A stretch of DNA of 64,000 bases from Macrostomum lignano (GCA_002269645.1 NIVC01000945.1:186001-250000), one strand, 5' to 3'. Positions 10,801 through 22,683 are shown, numbered from the stretch's first letter. Notes: generated by a model from the letters alone, not told the origin. Translations and numbers: made by a program.

Positions 10801-13800
10801 CATCCACCTCCATCGGTGTGCTGAGCTGCAACAGCATCCACCTCCATCGGTGTGCTGAGCTGCAACAGCATCCACCTCCATCGGTGTGCTGAGCTGCAAC
10901 AGCATCCACCTCCATCGGTGTGCTGAGCTGCAACAGCATCCACCTCCATCGGTGTGCTGAGCTGCAACAGCATCCACCTCCATCGGTGTGCTGAGCTGCA
11001 ACAGCATCCACCTCTATCGGTGTGCTGAGCTGCAACAGCATCCACCTAGCTCCATCGGTGTGCAGAACATTTTTCGTCCGGGAGTACTTCCGAAACCAAA
11101 ACAATTAGTCCGGTGTTTTTTATACTTGCTACTTAAAGTAATGTTATGACGATATTTTACTGAAATCAAAGTTTCGTTATAGAGCGTGCACATGTATCTT
11201 ACACAGGACACCAATTTAACTTCTTATATACTCGTACAATACCTAGATATATCGGACAAAATGTCTTGATTTTCGGACAAACTGTCTTGCACTTCGGACG
11301 ATATGACTTGGATAACAAAGCCGGACGAAGTGTCCCGGATGAGAAGTCTTAAGACGAAGTGTCCGCAAACTATTGAGATTGTATATTGTTGCAACTGAAC
11401 ACACCATAGTTTTACAGTAGCTTGTATCAGAGACTTAATTTGCTTCAGTACCCTTGTAGTGCAACAGTACCCTTATAATTAGCAGTGCATGTTCCTAGAA
11501 CTTGTAAGTTGTAAGGAAATAATTAGGTTCAACCCGACAGAATATTATCTAAGGCCCTGATATTTACGACCCCCAATATAGCTCCTGCTCGTTCTTTAGT
11601 GACCACGAAGGTGAGGGATTGGCTAGTATACCCTGAAAAGTTAAAATCATAGGAAATCTCTGGCATCGCTGCAAGTTTGGTCAGGTGTGGCAGCAAAAGG
11701 TTGTGTACTTTAAGATCCCGAGACCGATGAAGAGGTTGTTACGGTTTCTGTAGACTCCGAGGCAGATTTATTATTTTAGGAACTATTACGAGAGTGGATG
11801 AGGACTATTTCATCACGCCGGCAGTTCCTCATCAGTGCAGACCCAGATGAACCCAGCGCATAACAAATATTATTCGTTTGCGTGTTTAGCAACCTTACCA
11901 GAAAGCTTCTAAGAATAATGGTCTGGTTAGCACGACTTGTAGCTATAATATTTGCACAAGACAAAAGCAACGTGATTAGAATTGATATAAAATGAGTAAA
12001 ATTAACAGTTCTCAAAATGAACTAATGGATGATGCCATCTGTAGTTGCTCTACCTGTACCGACAAACCATTTTTATTAGATGGAAGACAAGCTGTTGAAA
12101 CCCGCGGATTTTGAACCCGGGGAACTCCATTCCCCAGAATTATTTTTGCATGTATTCTAAAATCTGAGGTCAAACTCAAACAAAAACTTGTTAATAGTTG
12201 GGATAGAGTTAAACATAAAATAGTGTACATTCATGTAAAATTAGGATTTGAGGCAAACATTGATATTGTTGGCTGGGGTGCTGCGCAGAATGTCAGGAAA
12301 ACTGTGGCCTCTACCTCTGCCTCTCCCTATGTCCTTTTGCATCCTTTGAAACTTCCATCTTCTTTTCTGTTTCCTATCTTCTCTCTCGTCTCTTCTCTCT
12401 CTCCCCTCTTATCTCTTCTTTCTTCTCTCCTCTCTCGTCTCCTCTCTCGTCTCTTCCCTCTCCCCTCTATTCTTTTCTCTCTCTTCTCTTCTCTTCGCTC
12501 TGGTCTCTGGTCTCTCATATCTCCTTTCTCCTGTTTTATCTTTTCTCATTTCTCTCTGCTCTCTACTCTCTCTTCCCTCACCTCTCTTCTCACTCCTTAC
12601 TCTACCCTCTCTCAACACTTTCCTTATCTCTACTCTCTCCTTTTTCCTCTCTTCTCTCAACTCTTTCCTCTCCTCTGTCCACTCTCTCCTCTAATCTCTT
12701 CTATCGTCTCTTCCCTCACCTCCCTTCTGTCTCGTCTTTGCTCTCTTATCTCTCATTTCTCTTCTAACAAAACAAAACGAACAAAATTGTCCACAGACAC
12801 ACCAGACACACAGACAGAGTTTTGATTTTTATATGTAGAGATTTAGTATAGTTGGATTTCACACTGGCCATAGTCAACAGTTAGTAGGGTCGTAGTCCAG
12901 TGGTCTAACCTGGGGCTCTGATGTGCCAGCGGTCCAGGCTCGATTCCAAGTGCAGTCACATTAATTTGGGGCTGAATTGGAATCTCGGCTTGGCTCTGCT
13001 CGTGCAATTAACGGCCTTGAGGGCCAACCCCCCAAGGCAAAGTGAAGTGTACATGCCTAACGATAAATAAAGTTAGGGCCGCTGTACACTCCTGTGTATG
13101 TGTGCCTGTGTGCGTATGACTGCGTACGTATCCGTGCGCTTGTGGGCCTCCCCAAGCCCAAGCAGCCCTCTAAAAATAACAAACCTCGGTCAAATTATCC
13201 GACTTTTGACGCAGAACAAAGCAGGCCGATTTGTCTTCCAGATTGGTCTCGATTGCTTCGCAAATTCGACTCGCTGTGTCCGTGTTGAACTCGGGCTTTA
13301 CTCGGAATGCGATAAACCTGCGGGTTAATTGTGGTGGCTGCTGTGGTGGAGTTAGGGCTCCTTTAGTTGAAGGGGGCTTATGCTGCATTTGAATTGGGTA
13401 CAATGTGGCAGGGTGGGATTAAAGCTTTAGAGGATTAGGTGATTTGAGATAAGGAGGATTAGAGATTCAGAGAATCCGGGGATTTGAGATTCAAAGGATT
13501 CGGGATTTGAGATTTAAGATTTTGTTATATCGATTTGTTGTGTCTTTTATTACCGAACTAAAGACTTAGAAATTAAAGCCTAGGGACTAGAGTTTTAGGG
13601 ATTTGATAAGAATTTTGGATTTGGGGAATTGGGATTAGGGGAATAGGGATTTGGGGATTTGGGATTAGGGGCTTTGGGATTAGGGGATTGGGGATTAGGG
13701 GATTTAGGATTAGGGGATTTGAGATTAGGGGATTTGGGATTTGGGGATTTGGAATTAGGGGATTTGGAATTAGGGGATTTGGAATTAGGGGATTTGGAAT

Positions 13801-16800
13801 TAGGGGATTTGGAATTAGGGGATTTGGGATTAGGGGATTTGGGATTAGGGGATTTGGGATTAGGGGATTTGGAATTAGGGGATTTGGAATTAGGGGATTT
13901 GGAATTAGGGGATTTGGGATTAGGGGATTTGGGATTAGGGGATTTGGGATTAGGGGATTTGGGATTAGGGGATTTGGGATTAGGGGATTTGAGATTAGGG
14001 GATTTGGGATTTGGGGATTTGAGATTAGGGGATTTGGAATTAGGGGATTTGAGATTAGGGGATTTGGGATTAGGGGATTTAGGATTAGGATCAAGGATTA
14101 AAGCAAACAACAAAATTGTTTACCGTCTATCGTAGAATCGAGTTGTCCTGAAGCCCACAATATCCTTTCCGGGCTCCTCCTCAATGTCGAGCTGGTCGAG
14201 GACGCTCCAGCTGCCGCCACCGCTGCCACCGACACCGACGCATCGACGCTGCCCGTCGCAGCCGAGCAGCACGACGAGCTCGTCTTCCTCGTCGCTGTTT
14301 GGCGTCGCCTTTGGCTTCGCCGTCATCGGGCGGCCGGAAGCAGCCACGGAGGACGCAGCGCCGCCAGCTGCACCAGCAGTGGCGGTGCCCGGTCGGGTCT
14401 TCTTTGCGCCAGCCGGGTTCAGCGGCAGCTGGAAGTTGAAGGTGACCGGCCGAAGAGTGTTCTTGCAGATCGAGGCTGCGGGTGGATTGATTTTTTGGTG
14501 AGCGTCTGGTGTTGCATTCTTGCTGGAGATTGGGGCGGTTTCTGAGTAGATACGAGCGTAAAGTAGAGCCTGAAGTAGATTCTGAGTAGATAAAGTAGAG
14601 CCCGAGCTAGATTCTGAGCAGATAAGGTAGAATCCGAGGTAGATTCTGAGTAAGATAAAGTAGAGTACGAGGTAGATTCTGAGTAGATAAAGTAGAGCCC
14701 GAGGTAGATTCTGAGTAGATAAAGTAGAGCCTGAAGTAGATTCTGAGTTAGATAAAGTAGAGCCCGAGGTAGATTCTGAGTAAGATAAAGTAGAGTACGA
14801 GGTAGATTCTGAACAGATAAGGTAGAGTCCGAGGTAGATTCTGAGTAAGATAAAGTAGAGTACGAGGTAGATTCTGAGCAGATAAGGTAGAGTCCAAGGT
14901 AGATTCTGAGTAAGATAAAGTAGAGTACGAGGTAGATTCTGAGCAGATGAAGTAGAGCCTGAAGTAGATTCTGAGTAAGATAAAGGGGAGCCCGAGGTAG
15001 ATTCTGAGTAGATAAAGTAGAATACGAGGTAGATTCTGAGTAAGATAAAGTAGAGCCTGAAGTAGATTCTGAGTAGATAAAGTAGAGTCTGAACTAGATT
15101 CTGAGTAAGATAAGAAGAGTACGAGGTAGATTCTGAGTAGATAAAGTAGAGTCTGAAGTAGATTCTGAGTAGATAAATTAAAGCCTGAAGTAGATTCTGA
15201 GTAGATAAAGTAGAGTCTGGAGTAGATTCTGAGTAGAAAAAGTAGAGCCCGGAGTAGCTTCTGAGTAGATAAAGTAGAGCCTAAAGTAGATCCTGAGTAG
15301 ACACGCTCGTAAAGTAGAGTTTGAGGCGGAATTTAAGGAGAGAGACAGTCACATCCTGAACAGTGAACTCACTGTGCTGAATGATGGAGCTGCAGGTGAG
15401 CAGGCCGTGAGTCTCCCGTGGCAGCTGCGACTTGATGACAGCCAGAGTCGAGGAGTCAACAGGCTGAACTTCAATGGTTTGGTCAAGCTGGATTTTTAAC
15501 GCGTCCTCAGGCACGGTGAGGCAAATTCTGTTGTCAACGGAGCTGCTGTACCGGATGCCGGGTTTGCCAACGCTGAATCTGTCCGTTTTGAGTTTGTTCA
15601 CCACCACCGCAGTGACTGAAGTGTCCGAGATTTTGGTCTCCACCCAGCGGGCTGGAAGGCCCTGAATATCGATGTGCGTCTCAGCCGATGGGCGCTCCTG
15701 CCAACGACCGTCTTCGTAGATCTGATAGAATTTTAGTATATAGAAGTAACATAGGTTTCTTAGAAATGCAGACTCCGAATAAGTTTCCTAGAAATGGAAA
15801 CGTATTCTTAGAATACGAATATGTTTCTTATAGAATGCCATCCCATTCTTGGGAATCAAAATAAGTTTCCTAGAAATGGAAACGTATTCTTAGAATACGA
15901 ATATGTTTCTTATAGAATGCCATCCAATTCTTGGGAATCAAAATAAGTTTCCTAGAAATGGAAACGTATTCTTAGAATACGAATATGTTTCGTATAGAAT
16001 GCCATACCATTCTTGGGAATCAAAATAAGTTTCCTAGAAATGGAAACGTATTCTTAGAATACGAATATGTTTCTTATAGAATGCCATCCCATTCTTGGGA
16101 ATCAAAAAAATTTTCTTAGAAATATAGAACCATTCTTGGAAACTCAGTAACTTCGTCTAAGACGATAAATAAGTTTCTTTGAGATAGCAAGCTATTTTTA
16201 AAGTTTCTTAGAAATGCTAATCCGTTAGTAAATAAATACACATAAAAAAATTTATTAGAATTAGGCACAAAAAGTCTCCGATTGCTAAGTTAAATCTAAG
16301 TGCTATAAAGTTAAATAGTAAGCCTACCATAAGATTTTTATAAATATAAGCCTATTCGTAGAAAGGCAGATTCTTCCCTAGAAACAATCTATTTTCTAAA
16401 TATTAACCAATCGATTAGGAAATAAAGAAGCCATTCTCCTCAAAGAATTTTTTTCCGAGAAAGCTGATTCAAAACACAAACCGATTTCGTAGAAAGCAAA
16501 TTCATTCCCTAGAAGAAAACCTATTTTCGAGAATACATCAAATTTCTAGGAAACAAACCCATTTCCTAGAAAACAACTTGGATTCCAAGAAAGTACATCA
16601 AATTCCTGAAAAACAAACCCATCTCATAGAAAATGCTTTTATAAAAAAACGATTTGATTTGCTAGAAGGCTCATTCTTGATTTGGAATACACAATTAGCG
16701 ACCATTTCTTAGAATGCAAATCGATTTTGTTTTACTTAGAGCAGCTCAGCCTGCACCCATCTCACTCACGTAGACCACGGTTTCCCTGGCCGCTTGCCGC

Positions 16801-19800
16801 TGAGCGCAGTGCGGCAGCATGAAGTACCAGTGCCGCCGGCCCTCGCCCCCGCCGCTGATCTGCACCCGGGACAGCCCTGCCGGTTCCAATCGCACCACGC
16901 CGCTGACCAGCTCGTCACCTGGCGGAATCGAACCCACGTCGGCCTGGTCGAGCGGCACCAGCGTGCACTTAAAGTCGTCCGGCTGTACCGCACCGTCCGG
17001 AGCTCGAATCGCGCAGGCGGCGTTGTCGGCTTCTGCGGCGGAGGCGTCGTCGGATTCGTCGGCCATCGAGGCAGCGAGCACCACCGGCCGCCAGCGACGC
17101 TCCGCCTCCTCCGCCGCGGCCGCGGCCGCGGCCGCTTCAGCCTCGCGTTTCCGCTGCGCCTCGGCTTCGGCGCGGGCGCGCGCTCGGCGCCTCGACGACG
17201 ATGACTTTCGACGGTGCCGACCGCCGCCGTCGTCGCCGTCCGAGTCTTCGCCGGCCGCCTCCTGGGCGCGGCGCCGACGTTTGGCCTCTTCGGCGGCGGC
17301 CGCTTTTGCAGCCGCAGCCTCGGCCGCCTGGCGCCGCCGGAGCTCCTCCTGGCGCCGGCGCTCCGCCTCTTCGGCCTCCTGGCGCTGGCGCTCCTCTTCG
17401 CGCCGTTTCGCCTCTTCAAGCTGGCGACGTCGGAAGGGGAGGTGAGCTGAGCTGATTGATCAGGACAGAGTCGCTTCAGCGACGCTTCAGGGACATTTTA
17501 GTAACACTTCAGTAACACTTCAGTAACACTTCAGTAGCACTTCAGTAACACTTCAGTAGCACTTTACAGACACGCGTTACTCTAGTGACCTTAATGACGT
17601 TTTTGAGAATCTGAAGGATTTTGTAAACAAAGCTCACCTCTTCTTGAATAGCGGCAGCCCTTTTCCTCGCCTTAGTGCAGTTGATTGCGCTCTCCTTCAG
17701 GGTGTTTTCAAGCCTTTGAAACTGGTCGCCAATGTCTGCAACCGTGGACTTCAATCGCAGGCCGTTGGCCAACTGCTTGTTCTCCTCTTCGCTTGCTGCC
17801 GCTCGCTCGTCCAGCTCCCGGTGGTCCTCTATGGAGTTGATCGCGTCTGAAGTGGTCGCGACGGAGTTGGGATCGGCTGAATATTGGGCATTTGTTTTTA
17901 TATCCGATTTTCAGTGTGCTTGCATCTTTATAACTGGCGCACTTTAATTATTTTTTACACTTTTTAATGTACCTGAGTCTCGCATCGGTCTCACTTTTGC
18001 TTCCTTCATCCAAAAAAGCGATGAAGGAAAGTTTGCTTTTCTCCTGTTTTTCCTGTTTTCTGTTTTCTGTTTTCTTCTGATTTTCTCTGTTTTTTTCCTT
18101 CCTTCACATCCCTCTCACCTCTCTCCCTCCTCTCACTCCGCCTCTCCCTCTCCATCTCCCCTTCTCTATCCCCCATCCTCTCGCTCTCTTTCTCTCTCTC
18201 CTCCTCTCCCTCTCCTTCTCTCCCTCTCCCTCCCCTTCTCTCCCTCTCCTTCTCACCCTCTCCTTCCCACCCTCTCTCTCTCCCCCTCCCCTTCTCTCCC
18301 TCTCCTTCTCACCCTCTCCTTCCCACCCTCTCTCCTTCTCTCCCTCTCCTTCTCTGCCTCTCCCTCTCCTTCTCTCCCTCTCCCTCTCCTTCTCTCCCTC
18401 TCCCTCTCCTTCTCTCCCTCTCCTTCTCACCCTCTCCTTCCCACCCTCTCCCTCTCCCTCTCCCTCCCCTTCTCTCCCTCTCCTTCTCACCCTCTCCTTC
18501 CCACCCTCTCCCTCTCCCTCTCCCTCCCCTTCTCTCCCTCTCCTTCTCACCCTCTCCTTCCCACCCTCTCCTTTCTCTCCCTCTCCTTCTTCTATCTCCA
18601 TCTCGTCTTACTCTCCTTCTTTCCCTCTGTCCCTCCTTGCAGCCCTTCTATCACCATCTCCTCTCTGTTCTCTTCGCAATTCTTTCCACCATTCTCTCGC
18701 ATCTGACTTTGTGTCTCCCTACAAAGCATTTCTCTCTTCCAAGCTATTCATGTCTTCTTTAGAGCAGCAGCCAATTCTTTCTGGAAAAAGCATCAAAAAG
18801 CATTTTGAGACTGTCAAAAACTTTACTGACAGAACGCAGGTGTGGAAATAAAAAGATTTTATCGACAGAATGTGAAACAGTTGCCAATTATAATTTTTCA
18901 TTCCAGCGCGCACTTTTGTAGCAATTTTTTTAGCCCAGCGTTAGGGATTCAGAATTTCTCCCATTCTCGCGAAATCCTCCACTCATCTTCCAACCTCGCC
19001 TCTCTCGTCTGCAGCGGATTCTGTCCTCCCCCATGGCAACCAAGTTGATGCGCAGGGAGACGCGGGTGGAGACAGAAATAGGGATGAAGACTCAAGAAAT
19101 CAGCTTCATCTGATGCAGATGTAATCCCATAGAAATGCGTACAGACCGCCCCGTAAGTGGGAAAGTATACCTTACCAGTGAGTGATGACTATTTATATTG
19201 ATATTATTCTGTGTGGCCAAACAATTAATTATTTAAGCAATGCCTCAACTGTACTTATCCACTGGCACCTTTGTAGATTGTGTTTTCACTACGTCTCATG
19301 GTTATAATGTCTAATCCAATGTCCATCATTATTCACTCATTTGTCACTTTCATTATTCACTCATTTGTCACTTTCATTATTCACTCATTTGTCACTCTCA
19401 TTATTCACTCATTTGTCACTCTCATTATTCCCTCATTTGTCACTCTCATTATTCACTCATTATTCACTCTCATTATTCACTCATTTTTCACTCCCATCAT
19501 TCACTCATTTGTCACTCTCATTATTCACTCATTTGTCACTCTCATTATTCACTCATTTGTCACTCTCATTATTCACTAATTTGTCACTCTCATTATTCAC
19601 TCATTTGTCACTCTCATTATTCACTCATTTGTAACTCTCATTATTCACTCATTTGTCACTCTCATTATTCACTCATTTGTCACTCTCATTATTCACTCAT
19701 TTGTCACTCTCATTATTCACTCATTTGTCACTCTCATCATTCACTCATTTGTCACTCTCATTATTCACTCATTTGTCACTCCCATCATTCACTCATTTGT

Positions 19801-21414
19801 CACTCTCATTATTTACTCATTTGTCACTCTCATTATTCACTCATTTGTCACTATCATTATTCACTCATTTGTCACTCTCATTATTCACTTATTATTTACT
19901 CCCATCATTCACTCATTTGTCACTCTCATTATTCTCTTTTTATTCACTCTCATTATTCACTCATTTTGTCACTCTCATCATTCACTCATTTGTCACTCTC
20001 ATTATTCCCTCATTTGTCACTCTCATTATTCACTCATTTGTCACTCTCATTATTCACTCATTTGTCACTCTCATTATTCACTCATTTGTCACTCTTATTA
20101 TTCACTCATTTTTCACTCCCATCATTCACTCATTTGTCACTCTCATTATTCACTCATTTGTCACTCTCATTATTCACTCATTTGTCACTCTCATTATTCA
20201 CTCATTTGTCACTCTCATTATTCACTCATTTGTCACTCTCATAATTCACTCATTTGTCACTCTCATTATTCACTCATTTGTCACTCCCATCATTCACTCA
20301 TTTGTCACTCTCATTATTTACTCATTTGTCACTCTCATCATTCACTCATTTGTCACTATCATTATTCACTCATTTGTCACTCTCATTATTCACTTATTAT
20401 TCACTCCCATCATTCACTCATTTGTCACTCTCATTATTCTCTTTTTATTCACTCTCATTATTCACTCATTTTGTCACTCTCATCATTCACTCATTTGTCA
20501 CTCTCATTATTCACTTATTTTGTCACTCTCATCATTCACTCATTTGTAACTCTCATTATTCACTCATTTGTCACTCTCATCATTCACTCATTTGTCACTA
20601 TCATTATTAACTCATTTGTCACTCTCATTATTCACTTATTTTGTCACTCTCATCATTCACTCATTTGTCACTCTCATTATTCACTCATTTGTCACTCTCA
20701 TTATTCACTTATTTTGTCACTCTCATCATTCACTCATTTGTCACTCTCATTATTCACTCATTTGTCACTCTCATTATTCACTTATTTTGTCACTCTCATC
20801 ATTCACTCATTTGTCACTCTCATTATTCACTCATTTGTCACTCTCATTATTCACTCATTTGTCACTCTCATTATTCACTCATTTGTCACTATCATTATTC
20901 ACTCATTTGTCCCTCTCATTATTCACTTATTATTCACTCCCATCATTCACTCATTTGTCACTCTCATTATTCTCTTTTTATTCACTCTCATTATTCACTC
21001 ATTTTGTCACTCTCATCATTCACTCATTTGTCACTCTCATTATTCACTTATTTTGTCACTCTCATCATTCACTCATTTGTCACTCTCATTATTCACTCAT
21101 TTGTCACTCTCACCGTCGCGTCGCCGCAGCGCTTCTTCATCAGCCCCCACTGCCTCGCCGAGCGCCTTGTAGAAGTTGCGAGCGTCTGCCGCTGCCAGCT
21201 GACTCTCCCGCAGCTGTCCCTCAACTTCGGTCAGGCACTCAGCCAGGCTTGACCTCAGCTGCTCCAGCCTGTCAGCCAAATCTTCCACATCCAAACTGCT
21301 CAATCTGGCCATTCCTTGATCGCTTCGTCCATTCAATCGAGTCTGTTGAAGCGTTTTAAATTCGTGCGAAATTTCACGAAACGCTTTGACTAATTCGCCA
21401 TTCGAGGATGGCAT
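7712..21414 (-). CDS. DTHD1: DTHD1-like protein (N-terminal coiled coil - ZU5 - ZU5 - UPA - death domain), 10 exons, 949 aa
   Basis: complement(join(21114..21414,17638..17876,16770..17420,15373..15721,14124..14475,13185..13317,9420..9694,8440..8681,8176..8366,7712..7828)). All introns are GT-AG, all phases are compatible, total 2850 nt from ATG to TGA. ZU5-like GVVRLEP..YFMLPHC, second ZU5-like RFSVGKPG..TVPEDAL, UPA-like FRLRFRGNI..LHFNSQMKNRL, death domain MEYLRDLAELVCDNWELLADKL..AYDMLITWVKK..VLILCRAL. The architecture, with no ankyrin repeats or LRR, fits DTHD1; orthology was not tested. Confidence 0.8.
8176..8366 (-). CDS. DTHD1-like exon 9 (death domain)
   Basis: tatag|AC; SVTMEYLRDLAELVCDNWELLADKL..LITWVKKLPVLKNK; donor gtgaga. 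Confidence 0.9.
8440..8681 (-). CDS. DTHD1-like exon 8 (UPA end)
   Basis: tgcag|C; VTERDRFAQRALDQFRGYIEV..KMLICVPK..FVFKSK; donor gtgaga. Confidence 0.9.
8811..9222. mobile_element. Foldback/MULE-type MITE in DTHD1-like intron
   Basis: ~110-bp TIRs built of TTTTCCCGC(A/G)G subrepeats, termini GGTCTATGAA / (rc)GGACCACGAGAA, central (TCTAG)n; flanks CCTTAAAACA and CCTTAAAAGA form a 10-bp TSD with 1 mismatch. Confidence 0.7.
9420..9694 (-). CDS. DTHD1-like exon 7 (UPA)
   Basis: cgcag|GTG; VSLALTASGRLDRTLKQL..FRLRFRGNI..KNRLEL; donor gtgagt. Confidence 0.9.
9826..11060. repeat. 34-bp minisatellite GCAACAGCATCCACCTCCATCGGTGTGCTGAGCT, ~36 copies
   Basis: Two variant classes in alternating blocks; source of three artefact ORFs. 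Confidence 0.97.
11055..11368. mobile_element. Degenerate MITE with CGGACGAA subrepeats
   Basis: Left GTGTGCAGAACATTTTTCGTCCGG versus right (rc) GTTTGCGGACACTTCGTC; repeated CGGAC(A/G)AA. Confidence 0.35.
12322..12762. repeat. CT-rich low-complexity tract
   Basis: Degenerate (CT/CTT/CTC)n. Confidence 0.9.
12887..13095 (+). mobile_element. tRNA-derived SINE
   Basis: A-box TAGTCCAGTGG and B-box GGCTCGATTCC followed by a non-tRNA body. Confidence 0.55.
13185..13317 (-). CDS. DTHD1-like exon 6
   Basis: cgcag|G; FIAFRVKPEFNTDTASRICEAIE..DNLTE; phase 2/0 bridges exons 5 and 7. Confidence 0.85.
13600..14090. repeat. 15-bp G-rich minisatellite GGGATTAGGGGATTT, ~32 copies
   Basis: Visible period; contains TTAGGG. 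Confidence 0.95.
14124..14475 (-). CDS. DTHD1-like exon 5
   Basis: cgcag|CC; SICKNTLRPVTFNFQLPLNP..WSVLDQLD..FRTTRFYDR; donor gtaaac. Confidence 0.85.
14540..15300. repeat. 32-33-bp minisatellite GTAGATTCTGAGTAGATAAAGTAGAGCCCGAG
   Basis: Fills most of DTHD1-like intron 4. Confidence 0.95.
15373..15721 (-). CDS. DTHD1-like exon 4 (ZU5-1 end / ZU5-2)
   Basis: atcag|ATC; IYEDGRWQE..RFSVGKPGIRYSSSVDNRICLTVPEDAL..SSIIQH; donor gtgagt. Confidence 0.9.
15780..16107. repeat. 82-bp tandem repeat x4
   Basis: Units start at 15780, 15862, 15944, 16026. Confidence 0.95.
16770..17420 (-). CDS. DTHD1-like exon 3 (E/R-rich helix + ZU5-1)
   Basis: gccag|CTT; LEEAKRREEERQRQE..GVVRLEPAG..FMLPHC..VVY; donor gtgagt; 651 nt, phase 0/0. 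Confidence 0.9.
17638..17876 (-). CDS. DTHD1-like exon 2 (coiled coil)
   Basis: ttcag|CC GAT; DPNSVATTSDAINSIEDHRELD..AAAIQEE; donor gtgagc. Confidence 0.8.
18050..18720. repeat. CT-rich (CTCTCC/CTCCCT)n tract
   Basis: Polypyrimidine on the + strand. Confidence 0.9.
19325..21113. repeat. 24-bp minisatellite TCACTCATTTGTCACTCTCATTAT, ~74 copies
   Basis: Runs up to the donor of DTHD1-like exon 1. Confidence 0.97.
21114..21414 (-). CDS. DTHD1-like exon 1 (coiled coil)
   Basis: ATG at 21414; MPSSNGELVKAFREISHEF..EALRRRD; donor G|gtgaga, phase 1. Confidence 0.8.
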
Positions 21415-22164
21415 TTTTCTTGCTATTCTTTGTTATAATTCTATTTGTTAATTTTTTAAATATTTAGTTCTAAGGTTTGCTTGGCTAGTCTGTTTCTCTG
21501 TCACGGGCTTCGAGCTGCAGTCCGGCGTTCTAATAATGCTTAATAATGCCCTGAGTGGCTGAGAATACTACTGGAGAAGCTGTTGCTATGGACGCCTCCA
21601 ATGGAAGGGAAAGAGAGAGGGAGGGAGGGGAGAGAGAGGGAGAAGGCAACGGTCAGAAGTTTCCAGCACAGAAAGAGAAGATATAACAGACTTTGTTGAT
21701 GGGGTGGCCCAGCATCCATGCCTGTCTCTCAGAATTGAGAAGTGTACTGAATAACAAAGCATAGCATAGCTACTGCTCAGATAAATATACACGAATGCTC
21801 AATGGGAGGGCTTGGGTTATTAAGCACCTATAGATAGAGAGAGAGAAGTTCATTTCGTCTCCTAAAAATGCGTGGTTCTAGGAGCGCATGTTGAATGATT
21901 AGAAAAAAATAGCTGTGCACACAAAGCGTTAGGTTAAAACACACAAAATGATAACTGTTATTACTCTTACAGGGAGTGTGGCTACTAGATGTGTGAGTGT
22001 CCGGTTTCCTTGGGTAGGCAAGGCAATAGGTAGCTGAAATAACAATGCGGCTTGTAGTAGAAGTTTGCGTTTAACTGGAGCTGACGGAGTTTTTACTTTT
22101 GCATTCGAAATCCTGTTTTTTGGAGCCCAGCCAAGTGGCGAATACGAAGCCAAGTTTGAAGCTA

Positions 22165-22683
22165 AGAGAAAAGAGAGGGGAGAGAGGAAGGTGGAGAGAA
22201 GGTAGATGAGAGAGAAGGGTAAAGAGATCGGTAGAGAGAAGGGTAGAGAGATGGGTAGAGAGAAGGGTAGAGAGAAGGGTAGAGGGATGGGTAGAGGGAA
22301 GGGTAGAGATAAGGGTAAAGAGATGGGTAGAGAGAAAGGTAGAGAGATGGGTAGAGAGATGGGTAAATAGATAGGTAGAGGTATAAAGAGAGGGGTAGAG
22401 ACATGGGTAGAGAGGTGGATAGAGAGAATGTTAGAGAGAATGTTAGAGAGATGGGTAGAGAGATGGGTAGAGAGATGGGTAGAGAGATGGGTAGAGAGAA
22501 GGGTAGAGAGGATAGAGAGAAGGGTAGAGATAAGGGTAGAGAGAAGGGTAGAGAGATGGGTAGAGAGATGGGTAGGGAGATAGGTAGAGAGAAGGGTAGA
22601 GAGATAGGTAGAGAGATAGGTAGAGAGAAGGGTAGAGAGATGGGTAGAGAGATGGGTAGAGAGGTGGGTAGAGAGGTGGGTAG
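22165..22683. repeat. 12-bp purine-rich repeat GGGTAGAGAGAT
   Basis: Visible period. Confidence 0.93.

Noticed and set aside
9824-11104. 387-426-aa Cys/Trp-rich ORFs
   Set aside because: These are translations of a 34-bp minisatellite in all three frames, inside an intron.
11620-12310. Extra DTHD1-like exon or Tc1 transposase remnant (SLQVWSGVAAKG motif)
   Set aside because: The gene model closes without it; it has multiple stops and only one weak motif.
16766-17455. Plus-strand and alternative-frame ORFs over DTHD1-like exon 3
   Set aside because: They are shadow ORFs of a GC-rich exon; the spliced frame explains the region.
21588-21690. ATG at 21588 as the first exon of the plus-strand gene
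   Set aside because: The frame stops after ~31 codons, and no phase-2 donor links it to 22702.
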